From Patescibacteria group bacterium UBA3533 (lineage in GTDB: Bacteria; Patescibacteriota; Minisyncoccia; Phycocordibacterales; Phycocordibacteraceae): a stretch of 64,000 nucleotides of DNA. Within the stretch, counting starts at the first letter, position 1. Each line of letters begins with the position of its first letter. The position numbers and the translations under genes were made by a program. Shown piece by piece: positions 9,729-18,748 of the stretch. The stretch is taken from NCBI GenBank assembly GCA_002376865.1, contig DFOU01000011.1, positions 16,969-80,968 on the forward strand. Direction: 5' to 3'. Below the pieces are notes generated by a model that saw only the letters and a program-made list of their open reading frames with translations, was not told where the DNA came from and did not search any database.

Positions 9729-10337
9729 TTAAATTTTATCAATTAAATCCTTAAACTTTAGAAATTCTTTAACGAAGTCTTTTTTTATAGATTCTATATC
9801 TGAAAGTCCGGAAGGGTAATGCACATTCAAATGCGCGAGATATTTTTTGTCAGCACTCACCGGCTTTATTTCAAACATATATTTTTTTTCTTCCTCTATG
9901 AAATTAATGCTGACACCCGCTTGAGACACATGAACTAAATTAGCAATTTTTTTACTAATTAAATCTTTAACCTCAAAAGAGTCTTCTGAATTCACCAGGG
10001 CATCAAAATTAAATCCGTAAGATGTTACTTTTTTTTGAGAGATGATACCTTTTTCGAAAAAAAGATTTAGATCTTCCATTATTGATGTTTCGGTTGGATC
10101 TTGAGAGCCCTTATCATTTATTAAAACCCTAACATTTTCAAAAACAAAATCTTTTTTTAAATCTGGAACAATAATAACTTTAATCCCCGGCCCCTCTATT
10201 GTTGAAGAGTTTAAATCTTTTTGCTTATTACTTTCTTTTAGAAGATCAACCACGGTTGATCCTGAGATAACCTTTTGTTCAAGCGGCTCAGAAAACAAAG
10301 TTGTAATATTTAGCCCTTTGATACTTTCTATTCTCAT
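9729..10337 (-). CDS. hypothetical protein (202 aa), first gene of the AT-rich PIN operon
   Basis: 3-nt gap to the next gene; very AT-rich (about 33-35% GC); no recognisable motif. Confidence 0.45.
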   Translation of the reverse strand: MRIESIKGLNITTLFSEPLEQKVISGSTVVDLLKESNKQKDLNSSTIEGPGIKVIIVPDLKKDFVFENVRVLINDKGSQDPTETSIMEDLNLFFEKGIISQKKVTSYGFNFDALVNSEDSFEVKDLISKKIANLVHVSQAGVSINFIEEEKKYMFEIKPVSADKKYLAHLNVHYPSGLSDIESIKKDFVKEFLKFKDLIDKI

Positions 10338-10370
10338 TACCTAGATAATATACTAAATAGTCACCTTTAC

Positions 10371-10886
10371 CTACAACCCCGCAGCCAAAATTCCCTTATT
10401 CACCTCAAGTATCAAATCTTCTGTTTTGTCTACGTTAGCCTCCTTGTCCGCATACCCAAGTGCAACAAGTATTTCAAAAGCAATCTCTGCCTCTTCCCTT
10501 TCAAAATCTATATCTTCCTCTCCTTTTACAAGCGCCTCTAACCTTTCATACACTTTTTGCTGCACCTCGTGCTCGGGTAACAATCTCCCCAGAAGACCAA
10601 GTATGTTTGCATATACTTTTTTACGCTCTCCTGTAAGGGTAAAGGAGTATTGCCGTACTTGATCCATTCCTTTAAGGCGCCAATTATATCTTCCACGAAT
10701 AAGAGAATAGATACTGTGTGTCCCAGGCTGCGTGCATGCAGCAAACGTAGCGCCCGCCCGCTTTGCAGCTTGTGCAATTACACGAATCTTTCCCAAGTCT
10801 TGGGTAAAGATAATTGCCTCTACAGAGTCTTCCTTATTGGGACGAGCTTTTAGTACGAATCCTGGAGTTGTGTACGTCTCATGCAT
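10371..10886 (-). CDS. recO: DNA repair protein RecO-like
   Basis: N-terminal OB-fold-like segment (GFVLKARPNKEDSVEAIIFTQDLGKIRVIAQAAKR); 171 aa, reduced form. Confidence 0.5.
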   Translation of the reverse strand: MHETYTTPGFVLKARPNKEDSVEAIIFTQDLGKIRVIAQAAKRAGATFAACTQPGTHSIYSLIRGRYNWRLKGMDQVRQYSFTLTGERKKVYANILGLLGRLLPEHEVQQKVYERLEALVKGEEDIDFEREEAEIAFEILVALGYADKEANVDKTEDLILEVNKGILAAGL

Positions 10887-13800
10887 GAACGACGTTTATC
10901 GTAAGTTGCTTCTCGCCAAGATCTACTTCTATTCCTCCAGGAAGCTCTTGTACGCGCTGGATAGTTTTAACTCCAGCAACACTCATAATTTCACTCTTGT
11001 ATGCATCTAGGAATGCTGCATTTCCTGCAATAGTTAGGATTGCAAAATCGTGTGGAGAGAAGTCCGCCTTCTTTCGTGCATCTTGTACCGCTCGTATAAA
11101 TTCTCGAACCATTCCCTTCTCCTTTAGCTCTGGAGTTAGTTCTGTATCAAGTTTAAGCTCTTCTCCATCGAGAATAATGTTCTCTACGTTTACTTCTTCC
11201 TTGATAAGAGCTTGGTATTCCTCTGTTAGAGAGATTCCTTTCTTTAGAGTGAGCGCATTGAGTGGCTGCCGTACTTTGTGCCCTGCAGTTTGTCGCATCA
11301 TAAGTGCATCACTTACGATAGTTCGTACTTCTTTCATAGTATCGAGTACTTCTTGGTCTATCTTCCCTGCTTCTGGCCAATCACATAGGTGTACACTCTC
11401 AGCATCACTCTCTTCTTTTAGTTCTCTATATAGATACTCTGCATAAAATGGCGTAGCAGGTGCCATTACCTTTGCAGTCTCCATAAGTACAAAGCGAAGT
11501 GTATGCATTGCATGCTCTGCATCTTCTCCTCCCTCTTTAATACGATCTCGAGAGCGCCTGACATACCATGTTGAAAGATCATCAAGGAAATCGAGAAGTG
11601 GGCGTGTGGCTTTATCAAATTCATATCCTTCATATCCTTTTGTTGTCTGATCTACAAGCTCATTTAGTCTTGAGATAATCCATGTATCAAGTACGTGCTT
11701 TGTTCCCTCTTTTCTCTGTACAGTGTCCTTATATAGATTGTAGAAAGAAAGTACGTTGTGCAGTCTTCCTACCACTTTTGAAGATGTTTCTTTTACACCT
11801 GCTTCTGAGAAAGAGAAGTCTTCTGCTCGTGATACAGGAGATGCGAGCATGTAGTACCGCACAGCATCTGCTCCATATTTATTGATTATCTCCATAGGAT
11901 CAGGATAGTTCTTGAGTTTCTTACTCATCTTCTGCCCATCCTCTGCAAGTACCGTTCCATTTACCACTACGTTTTCAAATGGTGCTTTTCCGAAGAGCCC
12001 TACGCCAAGAACGAGTAGTGAGTAGAACCACCCTCGTGTCTGATCGAGTCCCTCTGCAATATATTGTGCAGGATATCCCTTTGATTTACTAAAGAGTCCT
12101 CCCTTTGGATTAAATACATCTAAGTTGCTGTATGGATAGTTTTGCTGCGCATATGGCATTGATCCAGACTCAAACCAACAATCAAACACATCGAGGATCC
12201 GTGTGTACTCTTCTCCATCCTTCTCAAGCTTTATCTCATCAATATATGGACGATGGAAATCTAGCTCATAGTTTGCATTGTGTGGCAGCGCCACAAATGG
12301 AAGGTCCACTCGTGCTCCAGGCTCTGCGTGTGTCTTATCATGAATTTCCATTGAACGAGCACTGTTTGCTCCCTCAACAACTGCAGGAAGAATCTCCATT
12401 CCAATTCCATGCGTAACGATAAGAATCTTCTCATCTTGAAGCTGCGCTTCCTTCTCGTACATAAATTCTCCAAAGCGCTTCTTCACATCAAGGAAGCTCT
12501 CCCCTCCTGGGATAGTTGTCTCGTACGTGAAATCTTTCTCAATGAAATCAAAGTAATCTTTGATTGGCTTTCCTTGGAAATCTCCAAATCCAAGCTCGGC
12601 AAGTCGCTCATCAAAGACAACTTCGTCCTTTGAAAGGCCAATTTCTTCTGCAATTATTTCTGCTGTCTGCTTTGTTCGAAGGAATGGAGAAGCAAAGATT
12701 TTTGTAACTCCTTCTACTTTTAGCTTTGCGCCAGTCTCTTTTGCTAGCTTTACCCCTCTCTCAGTTAGCTTATACGGATCATCTTTATGTGCACTTACTA
12801 CATTTTTTACATTGTGCTCTCCCTCAGCGTGGCGCATTGCCATGTACGTGTTTCCTGACTTCTTTACGTGCGCCCGAAGATCCTCAACTCCACCCAATAC
12901 AATCTGATCTCCTTCTTCGTTCTCCCAGACAGGAAGAGGCGCTCCCCAGAAACGACTTCTTGAGATTGACCAGTCCTTTCCTCCCTTAAGCCAGTTACCG
13001 AATCGCTTAGATCCAACCTCTTTTGGCACCCAATGCACTTTGTCATTCTCCTTTACGAGTTGGTTCGTTATCTTTGGAGCGTTCACAAACCATGAGTCCA
13101 TCGCATAGTTTAGAAGCGGCTCATCTGTTCGCCATGAGTGTGGGTAGCTATGCTCAATCTTCTCTTTTTTGAAGAGTTTTCCAGCGTGTGCGAGCGCTTT
13201 GATGATTTCAATGTCAGTTGCTTGATGATTATCCTTTGGCTTTGCATCCATTCCGGCAAAGTCCCCTACTTCTTTTACAAACTTTCCACTCTTATTTACG
13301 TGGTGCACGATTGGCACACCTTCCTTTTGTGCAAGCTCAAGATCTTCTGCACCAAATGCTGGCGCTAGGTGTACTGCTCCTGTTCCAGAGTCTTCAGTTA
13401 CATAGTCTGCTGCATAGATTTTCCATGCATTCTCCTTCCCTTCTATCTCTTCGTTGAGGTAGTAGTTAAATGGAGGTTCGTATTCTTTCCCAACAAGATC
13501 CTTTCCTTTCATCTCTTCAAGGACTTCGTACTCCATTCCTTCAAAGAGTGAGAGTTTTTCTTTTGAAACAATGTACGTACCGTCTAGCTTTTCATCCCCT
13601 GTTACCTTTACCTTTGTATATACAAAATCAGGATTTACAGCAGCTGCCATGTTTCCAGGGAGTGTCCATGGTGTTGTGGTCCAGACAAGGAGTGAGGCGT
13701 TCATTCCTTTAATAGGTAGCGGTACTGTTACCGCAAAGTCTGTAATATCTTTATACCCTTGTGCTACTTCAATATTTGAAAGCTCTGTTCCCAGAAGTGG

Positions 13801-14337
13801 ACTTAGGTGGAGTGATTTAAATCCTTTATAGATAAGACCTTTATCATAGAGTGTTTTAAATGCCCACCACACACTCTCGGTATATGTTGGATCCATGGTT
13901 CGATAGTCATTGTCCATATCTACGAATCGTCCGATTCGCGGAATGAACTTCATCCAGTCATCTCTATACTGAAGCACTACCTTCTTTGCCTTCTCTACAA
14001 AGTTCTCAATTCCTACCTCTTCGATTATTTCCTGCTTAGTTGAAACACCAAACTCCTTCTCAACTTGTGCTTCAAGAGGAAGTCCATGACAGTCCCATCC
14101 CCAGCGACGCGGTACCGTATACCCCTTCATTGTCTTATACCGAGGAACAACATCCTTTAGAGTGCTCGCTAGTACGTGCCCATAGTGCGGGAGTCCTGTG
14201 GCAAATGGAGGTCCATCATAAAAAGTGAACGTCCCTTTGGGAGATTTTTTCTCTACAGATTTTTCAAAAATGCGCTCATTCTTCCAAAATTCCAGCATTT
14301 CTTCCTCTCGCTTCGAGAAGTCACTTTTGTCGCTCAT
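10879..14337 (-). CDS. ileS: isoleucine--tRNA ligase (type 2) with an inserted histidine-phosphatase (PGAM-like) domain
   Basis: PHYGHVL (HIGH), WTTTPWTLPGN (editing domain), KMSKKLKNYP (KMSKS), FGNWLKGGKDWSISRSRFWGAPLPVW. Unexpected segment of about 200 aa at nt 12259-12879 containing MRHAEGEHN, SPFLRTKQTAEII, GGESFLD..KRF and VTHGIGMEIL. Start taken at MSDKSDFSKREEEMLEFW. Confidence 0.9.
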   Translation of the reverse strand: MSDKSDFSKREEEMLEFWKNERIFEKSVEKKSPKGTFTFYDGPPFATGLPHYGHVLASTLKDVVPRYKTMKGYTVPRRWGWDCHGLPLEAQVEKEFGVSTKQEIIEEVGIENFVEKAKKVVLQYRDDWMKFIPRIGRFVDMDNDYRTMDPTYTESVWWAFKTLYDKGLIYKGFKSLHLSPLLGTELSNIEVAQGYKDITDFAVTVPLPIKGMNASLLVWTTTPWTLPGNMAAAVNPDFVYTKVKVTGDEKLDGTYIVSKEKLSLFEGMEYEVLEEMKGKDLVGKEYEPPFNYYLNEEIEGKENAWKIYAADYVTEDSGTGAVHLAPAFGAEDLELAQKEGVPIVHHVNKSGKFVKEVGDFAGMDAKPKDNHQATDIEIIKALAHAGKLFKKEKIEHSYPHSWRTDEPLLNYAMDSWFVNAPKITNQLVKENDKVHWVPKEVGSKRFGNWLKGGKDWSISRSRFWGAPLPVWENEEGDQIVLGGVEDLRAHVKKSGNTYMAMRHAEGEHNVKNVVSAHKDDPYKLTERGVKLAKETGAKLKVEGVTKIFASPFLRTKQTAEIIAEEIGLSKDEVVFDERLAELGFGDFQGKPIKDYFDFIEKDFTYETTIPGGESFLDVKKRFGEFMYEKEAQLQDEKILIVTHGIGMEILPAVVEGANSARSMEIHDKTHAEPGARVDLPFVALPHNANYELDFHRPYIDEIKLEKDGEEYTRILDVFDCWFESGSMPYAQQNYPYSNLDVFNPKGGLFSKSKGYPAQYIAEGLDQTRGWFYSLLVLGVGLFGKAPFENVVVNGTVLAEDGQKMSKKLKNYPDPMEIINKYGADAVRYYMLASPVSRAEDFSFSEAGVKETSSKVVGRLHNVLSFYNLYKDTVQRKEGTKHVLDTWIISRLNELVDQTTKGYEGYEFDKATRPLLDFLDDLSTWYVRRSRDRIKEGGEDAEHAMHTLRFVLMETAKVMAPATPFYAEYLYRELKEESDAESVHLCDWPEAGKIDQEVLDTMKEVRTIVSDALMMRQTAGHKVRQPLNALTLKKGISLTEEYQALIKEEVNVENIILDGEELKLDTELTPELKEKGMVREFIRAVQDARKKADFSPHDFAILTIAGNAAFLDAYKSEIMSVAGVKTIQRVQELPGGIEVDLGEKQLTINVVHA

Positions 14338-14363
14338 ATAAAGGATATAGTAGCAGGATGTAT

Positions 14364-14394
14364 AAAAAGTGAAAGACCGCACAATTGTGCGGTC
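14364..14394 (-). terminator. intrinsic terminator after the 14409-14660 gene
   Basis: gaccgcaca / tgtgcggtc stem followed by tttcacttttta on the minus strand. Confidence 0.6.
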
Positions 14395-14408
14395 CTCCCC
14401 AAAGATCA

Positions 14409-14660
14409 TCAAGCGGCTTGCGAAAGCCAGACATGGCCGGTGCCATTTTGCTGACGCCTCAGTCCACGTGCATTTAAAAATGCATCTTGAATGGAGACAT
14501 CGACCTGGCCTGGATCGGTGATGGTAATAACCGAACCTTCCATGGGGATCAATCCCTCCTTTTCACAGTGAATTTCAACAGGTCCCTTTTTCAAGAGCTT
14601 GTTGATGTCGCGCGCGAGCGTGCGCTGCGCACTTGGCCCATATGGACGACATTTCGACAA
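14409..14660 (-). CDS. small hypothetical protein (83 aa), GC-rich
   Basis: TTG start preceded by AAGGGAGGAGTG, its own terminator, about 50% GC. No recognised domain. Confidence 0.45.
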   Translation of the reverse strand: MSKCRPYGPSAQRTLARDINKLLKKGPVEIHCEKEGLIPMEGSVITITDPGQVDVSIQDAFLNARGLRRQQNGTGHVWLSQAA

Positions 14661-14710
14661 TTTTCACTCCTCCCTTAAATGAACAGAAAGAAGAATATAG
14701 CATGATTTTA

Positions 14711-14743
14711 CAAAAGGAAAAGGTCGAGTATTAACACTCGACC
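14711..14743 (-). terminator. intrinsic terminator overlapping the 3' end of the 14731-14940 gene
   Basis: ggtcgagt / actcgacc stem with the stop codon in the loop, then ttttccttttg on the minus strand. Confidence 0.6.
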
Positions 14744-14940
14744 CCTCCCCGACGAATGAAGTGTGCGCGAAGCTGTTGGATTTCTACATCACGGGCAGAA
14801 TCCCCTGGCGGCGGAATAAATATCCCTGGAGCTTTAGTGCCTGTCTTTCTAACACGCACGTTGCCTACGTTGCCATTTAAATACTCAACACACTCTTCGA
14901 TTGTCGGGAAGTCCAGTTCAGGAATTTCTTTACTGGACAT
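14731..14940 (-). CDS. small hypothetical protein (69 aa), GC-rich, monocistronic
   Basis: AAAGGAGGAGAGA then ATG; extended -10 (TGcTATAAT) about 33 nt upstream; own terminator. Confidence 0.45.
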   Translation of the reverse strand: MSSKEIPELDFPTIEECVEYLNGNVGNVRVRKTGTKAPGIFIPPPGDSARDVEIQQLRAHFIRRGGVEC

Positions 14941-14969
14941 TCTCTCCTCCTTTGTAGAACCTCTAAAAT

Positions 14970-14985
14970 TAAATTATAGCACCCT
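14970..14985 (-). promoter_or_regulatory. extended -10 promoter element (TGcTATAAT) for the 69-aa gene
   Basis: Minus-strand gtgctataat immediately downstream of the argS stop. Confidence 0.45.
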
Positions 14986-16615
14986 ACATCTTCTCTGGAG
15001 CCTCTATTCCCAGAAGCCATAGTCCGTTTGTCATCGTTAGGACAAATGCCTCAATAAGCAGAAGTTTGTATCCCTCATACTCTCCTCCAAGGATCTTCTC
15101 TTTTGCATAGAAACTATTAAATTCAGAAGCAAGTTCTGTTAGGAATCCTGTTACGTGGTGTGGCTCATACTTTTCTTGTGCACGAGCAACAACCTCTGGG
15201 AATCTATACAGAATCTTCTCAAGATCATATGGCTGCTCTGGAGCAACTGCATCTGCATCATCTTTTGAAGAGTCAGCAAGGATTTTCTTTGCTCGTACGA
15301 GAGCGTACTGCAGATACGGCCCTGAATCTCCCTCGGTAGAAAGTGAGTTGTTTACATCAAAGACAATGTCTCCTCCTGGCTGCTGCCGCAGAATACTGTA
15401 CTTAATTGCAGCTACTGCTACTTTCCGTGCAGTTTCTTCATCAGAATTCTGCTCTTTTACTTTCTCTACAAGATTATCGATAAGAGACTTCGCCGTTACG
15501 ATATCTCCTGTTCTTGAGCTCATCTTTCCTTCAGAGAGCTTCATCAAACCATTTGAAAGGTGCGTGATCTTTTCTGCCTGCTCTGGATGAATCTCAGAGA
15601 GAGCTTCCTTGATTACCTTGAAGTACTCTGCCTGCTCTTTTCCAGTTAGGATGATCGATTGATTGTGCTCCCACCACTCGTCCTTGATAGTTTCAAGCCC
15701 AAGCTCCTTTGCTTCATACGTTGGTGTTCCCTGCTTTGTTTTAAATACTCGAGTATGTAGCCCCTTCTTTTCTCCCTCATATACGATAGCTCCATCACTC
15801 TCTACGAAAACTCCTTTTTTAATTCCTTCCTCTACCACCTTCATTCCAACAGGCGCTGACTCACTTTCGAAAATAAATCGATCTAATTTTATATCTAAAG
15901 TATCAAGAACTTCTTGCACTCCTTCTATTGAAATCTTCCTTCCTTCCTCATGCTCTTTCATGAGATCTTTGTCTTCTCCTGCATAGATAGCTTTATTGAG
16001 TGTATCTATCTCTTCTTTTGCAGATTCATTCTCTTCGTATTCTTTTGCACCAAGAGCATATGCTTCTCCAATTACAGCAGGAGAGAGCTCTTTCCCAAGT
16101 TTTCGCAGTCCATAGATGGCCTTTGCAGCATGTGGCCCCACATCTCCTCCATATGATTCCTTTTTAACTTCTGCTCCAGAGAATTGGAGAAGCCGTGCAA
16201 TAGATTCTCCAATAGTTGCCCCCATAAGGTGCCCAATGTGAAGCTGCTTAAATGCATTAGCATTTACATACTCCATGATCACTTTGTGATCTACATTATT
16301 AGTATTGCTTCCCCACAGCCTACCGAGTGATCCAATTACCTTAAGAGATCCCGTGAAGAACTCACGAGAGAGTTTGAAGTTAATAAACCCAGGACCTGCA
16401 ATAGATACTTCCTCCACAAATGGAAGGTCAATCTTTTTTACAATCTCTTCTGCAAGTTCCTTTGGATTTACTCCCCGCTCTTTAGCAAGAGTCATGGCTA
16501 TGTTTGTTGCATAGTCTCCATGACTTAGATCTTGAGGGTGCTCAAGATGTACTGAAGAAGCCTCCACATCTGCTGCGGCAGCTACTGCTTTTTGTAGTTC
16601 TTTTACGAGATCCAT
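14984..16615 (-). CDS. argS: arginine--tRNA ligase
   Basis: 543 aa, class I HIGH region (ANAFKQLHIGHLMGATIGESIARLL); ArgRS-like N- and C-terminal architecture. Confidence 0.8.
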   Translation of the reverse strand: MDLVKELQKAVAAAADVEASSVHLEHPQDLSHGDYATNIAMTLAKERGVNPKELAEEIVKKIDLPFVEEVSIAGPGFINFKLSREFFTGSLKVIGSLGRLWGSNTNNVDHKVIMEYVNANAFKQLHIGHLMGATIGESIARLLQFSGAEVKKESYGGDVGPHAAKAIYGLRKLGKELSPAVIGEAYALGAKEYEENESAKEEIDTLNKAIYAGEDKDLMKEHEEGRKISIEGVQEVLDTLDIKLDRFIFESESAPVGMKVVEEGIKKGVFVESDGAIVYEGEKKGLHTRVFKTKQGTPTYEAKELGLETIKDEWWEHNQSIILTGKEQAEYFKVIKEALSEIHPEQAEKITHLSNGLMKLSEGKMSSRTGDIVTAKSLIDNLVEKVKEQNSDEETARKVAVAAIKYSILRQQPGGDIVFDVNNSLSTEGDSGPYLQYALVRAKKILADSSKDDADAVAPEQPYDLEKILYRFPEVVARAQEKYEPHHVTGFLTELASEFNSFYAKEKILGGEYEGYKLLLIEAFVLTMTNGLWLLGIEAPEKM

Positions 16616-16624
16616 GTATGCACT

Positions 16625-17875
16625 CTATACAAAAATCTGCGGAATGGGAAACTTTTCACAAAGCTCTTCCACCTTTTTCCGCACCTCCCCTGCTTTGCTT
16701 GTGTCTTTTAGTACTTCAACCATCCACTGCGCTACCAACTTACTTTCAGCTTCTTTAAACTTTCTTGTTGTTATAGCTGGTGTTCCAAACCTGATTCCAG
16801 ATGGATCAAGTGGTGGACGAGTATCGTCCGCAATAGCATTTTTATTAAGCGTAATACCTGCCTCATCAAGCGCATGCTCAGCCTCTGCTCCTGTAATGCC
16901 AAATGAAGTATGTACATCAAGGAGTATGAGGTGATTGCTTGTCCCTCCTGTTAGCATTCTTGCTCCAGCTTCCTTAAACACTTCCTCCATTGCCTTTGCA
17001 TTTTTAATTACCTGCTCTGCATATTCTTTAAACTGTGGGGTTAGTGCTTCTCCAAAGCACACTGCTTTTGCTGCAATCTGATGCATATGAGGACCACCCT
17101 GGAATCCTGGGAACATTGCCTTATCTACTTTCTTTGCAATTTCTCCCTTCTCTCTTATGAGGATCATTCCACCTCGAGGTCCTCGAAGAGTCTTATGTGT
17201 CGTTGTAGTCATTACATCAAATCCATAATCAAATGGATTCTCGTGTGCTCCTCCTGCGATAAGCCCTGCAATATGCGCCACGTCTGCTACCGTGTACGCA
17301 CCAACTTCATCTGCAATCTCTTTAAACTTTTTCCAATCAAGTTCTCGTGGATATGCTGAGAATCCTGCAAGGATAATTTTTGGCTTCTCTTTTAGAGCTA
17401 CTTCTCGAAGCTCGTCATAATCAATCTCCCCTGTCTCTACATCCTTCATCTTGTACCGTACAAAATTAAAGATCTTTGCAATTGCTGTAACAGGGTGCCC
17501 ATGTGTTAGATGCCCTCCATGACTTAGGTCCATTCCGAGCACCGTGTCTCCTGGCTCAAGCAAAGCAAAGTAGAGTCCAATGTTTGCATTTGCTCCTCCC
17601 AAGGGCTGTACGTTTGCGTGCTCACACTTGAAGAGCTTCTTTGCTCGCTCAATAGCAAGCAATTCTACTTTGTCCGTAAATTCTTGTCCGCCATAGTATC
17701 GCTTTCCTGGATACCCTTCTGAGTATTTATTGGTTAGTACTGAAGACATCGTCTCTCGCACTGCAGCAGATACATAGTTCTCAGACGGAATGAGTTCAAG
17801 ACCTTTATCCTGTCGCTCCTCTTCCCCTTCGAGAATCTCTAGCACTTCTTTGTCCTGTTTTTTTAGATATTCCAT
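16625..17875 (-). CDS. glyA: serine hydroxymethyltransferase
   Basis: LELIPSENYVSAAVRETMSSVLTNKYSEGYPGKRYYGG and the PLP-lysine region TTTTHKTLRGPRGG. Confidence 0.95.
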   Translation of the reverse strand: MEYLKKQDKEVLEILEGEEERQDKGLELIPSENYVSAAVRETMSSVLTNKYSEGYPGKRYYGGQEFTDKVELLAIERAKKLFKCEHANVQPLGGANANIGLYFALLEPGDTVLGMDLSHGGHLTHGHPVTAIAKIFNFVRYKMKDVETGEIDYDELREVALKEKPKIILAGFSAYPRELDWKKFKEIADEVGAYTVADVAHIAGLIAGGAHENPFDYGFDVMTTTTHKTLRGPRGGMILIREKGEIAKKVDKAMFPGFQGGPHMHQIAAKAVCFGEALTPQFKEYAEQVIKNAKAMEEVFKEAGARMLTGGTSNHLILLDVHTSFGITGAEAEHALDEAGITLNKNAIADDTRPPLDPSGIRFGTPAITTRKFKEAESKLVAQWMVEVLKDTSKAGEVRKKVEELCEKFPIPQIFV

Positions 17876-17876
17876 A

Positions 17877-18278
17877 TTATTTTTTACATTTACATCCCTT
17901 TAAATTTGCTTGGTATAAAATTGCGTTTGGATCTTTTACGAACTTCCCATCAACCAACTCTCCTGTACGTGAATTAATTTCTTTGCATACCTCTTCCATT
18001 ATTGCCGCAGGCTCATATCCCTGCTTCTTGAGTGCCCCGATGGCAAAAACAATAATGTCAGCCCACGCATCTGCAATTTCTTCTTCTGGTGCCTCTGTGT
18101 CGCCAACAATTTCTTCTGCATAGTGAGCGGCGCGCTCTCGTGCAGTTACACTGTCATACTTCCCAGTGCTTTCTAGAAGCTCTTCAAGAATAAATGAGGT
18201 TTCTTTTTTGTGATTGAATCCTTTCTCGAGAAGCCCTCGCTCTTTATTCCAATCAATTATGTTTTCAAATACATTCAT
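17877..18278 (-). CDS. MazG-like nucleoside triphosphate pyrophosphohydrolase (all-alpha NTP-PPase)
   Basis: ELLESTGKYD...YAEEIVGDTEAPEEEIADAWADIIVFAIG with spaced acidic residues typical of the MazG/dimeric dUTPase fold. Adjacent to dut. Confidence 0.5.
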   Translation of the reverse strand: MNVFENIIDWNKERGLLEKGFNHKKETSFILEELLESTGKYDSVTARERAAHYAEEIVGDTEAPEEEIADAWADIIVFAIGALKKQGYEPAAIMEEVCKEINSRTGELVDGKFVKDPNAILYQANLKGCKCKK

Positions 18279-18281
18279 AAG

Positions 18282-18713
18282 TTATTTTCCAGTACTTCCA
18301 AAGCCCCCTTCTCCTCTCTCTGTCTCATCCAAAGATTCAACTTCCTCAAAATCAGCGTGCGCAACTTCTTGCAAAAGCATTTGCGCCACCTTATCTCCCA
18401 CATCAAAGGTGTGCGCCTCTGTTCCGTGATTGATGATACCCACTTTTATCTCTCCCCTATACCCAGCATCAATAACTCCCCCGAGCACTTTAAGTCCTCG
18501 CTTTATTGCATTTCCGCTCTTATCCCAGATAAGGCCCACATACCCTTCAGGAATCGCCATAGCAAGTCCTGTTGGCACAGCCTTATATTCTCCTGGACTG
18601 ATAGTTACACCTTCTGTGCTACAAAGATCCATTCCAGCATCATCACTGTGAGCAAACTCTGGCACTTTGGCTGCCTCATGGAGTTTCTGTACTTGTATCT
18701 TGAGCTTCTTCAT
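18282..18713 (-). CDS. dut: dUTP diphosphatase
   Basis: AGMDLCS...SGNAIKRGLKVLGGVIDAGYRGEIKVGIIN...GDKVAQMLL, the classic trimeric dUTPase motifs. Confidence 0.9.
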   Translation of the reverse strand: MKKLKIQVQKLHEAAKVPEFAHSDDAGMDLCSTEGVTISPGEYKAVPTGLAMAIPEGYVGLIWDKSGNAIKRGLKVLGGVIDAGYRGEIKVGIINHGTEAHTFDVGDKVAQMLLQEVAHADFEEVESLDETERGEGGFGSTGK

Positions 18714-18748
18714 ATCTGGATGTTCTGCTGTTTAGTTTCTCTATTCTA

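Noticed and set aside
10426-11010. Several 67-92 aa ORFs on both strands inside recO and the ileS 3' end (10426-10662, 10538-10777, 10650-10853, 10732-11010)
   Set aside because: They are nested within or antisense to RecO and IleRS coding sequences and lack start signals.
14338-14408. T-box riboswitch or leader upstream of ileS (and of glyQS, argS, metG)
   Set aside because: The leaders are only about 20-70 nt long and lack the T-box consensus (AATTAGGGTGGNACCGCG). The aaRS genes appear to be simply co-transcribed or SD-less leaderless-type.
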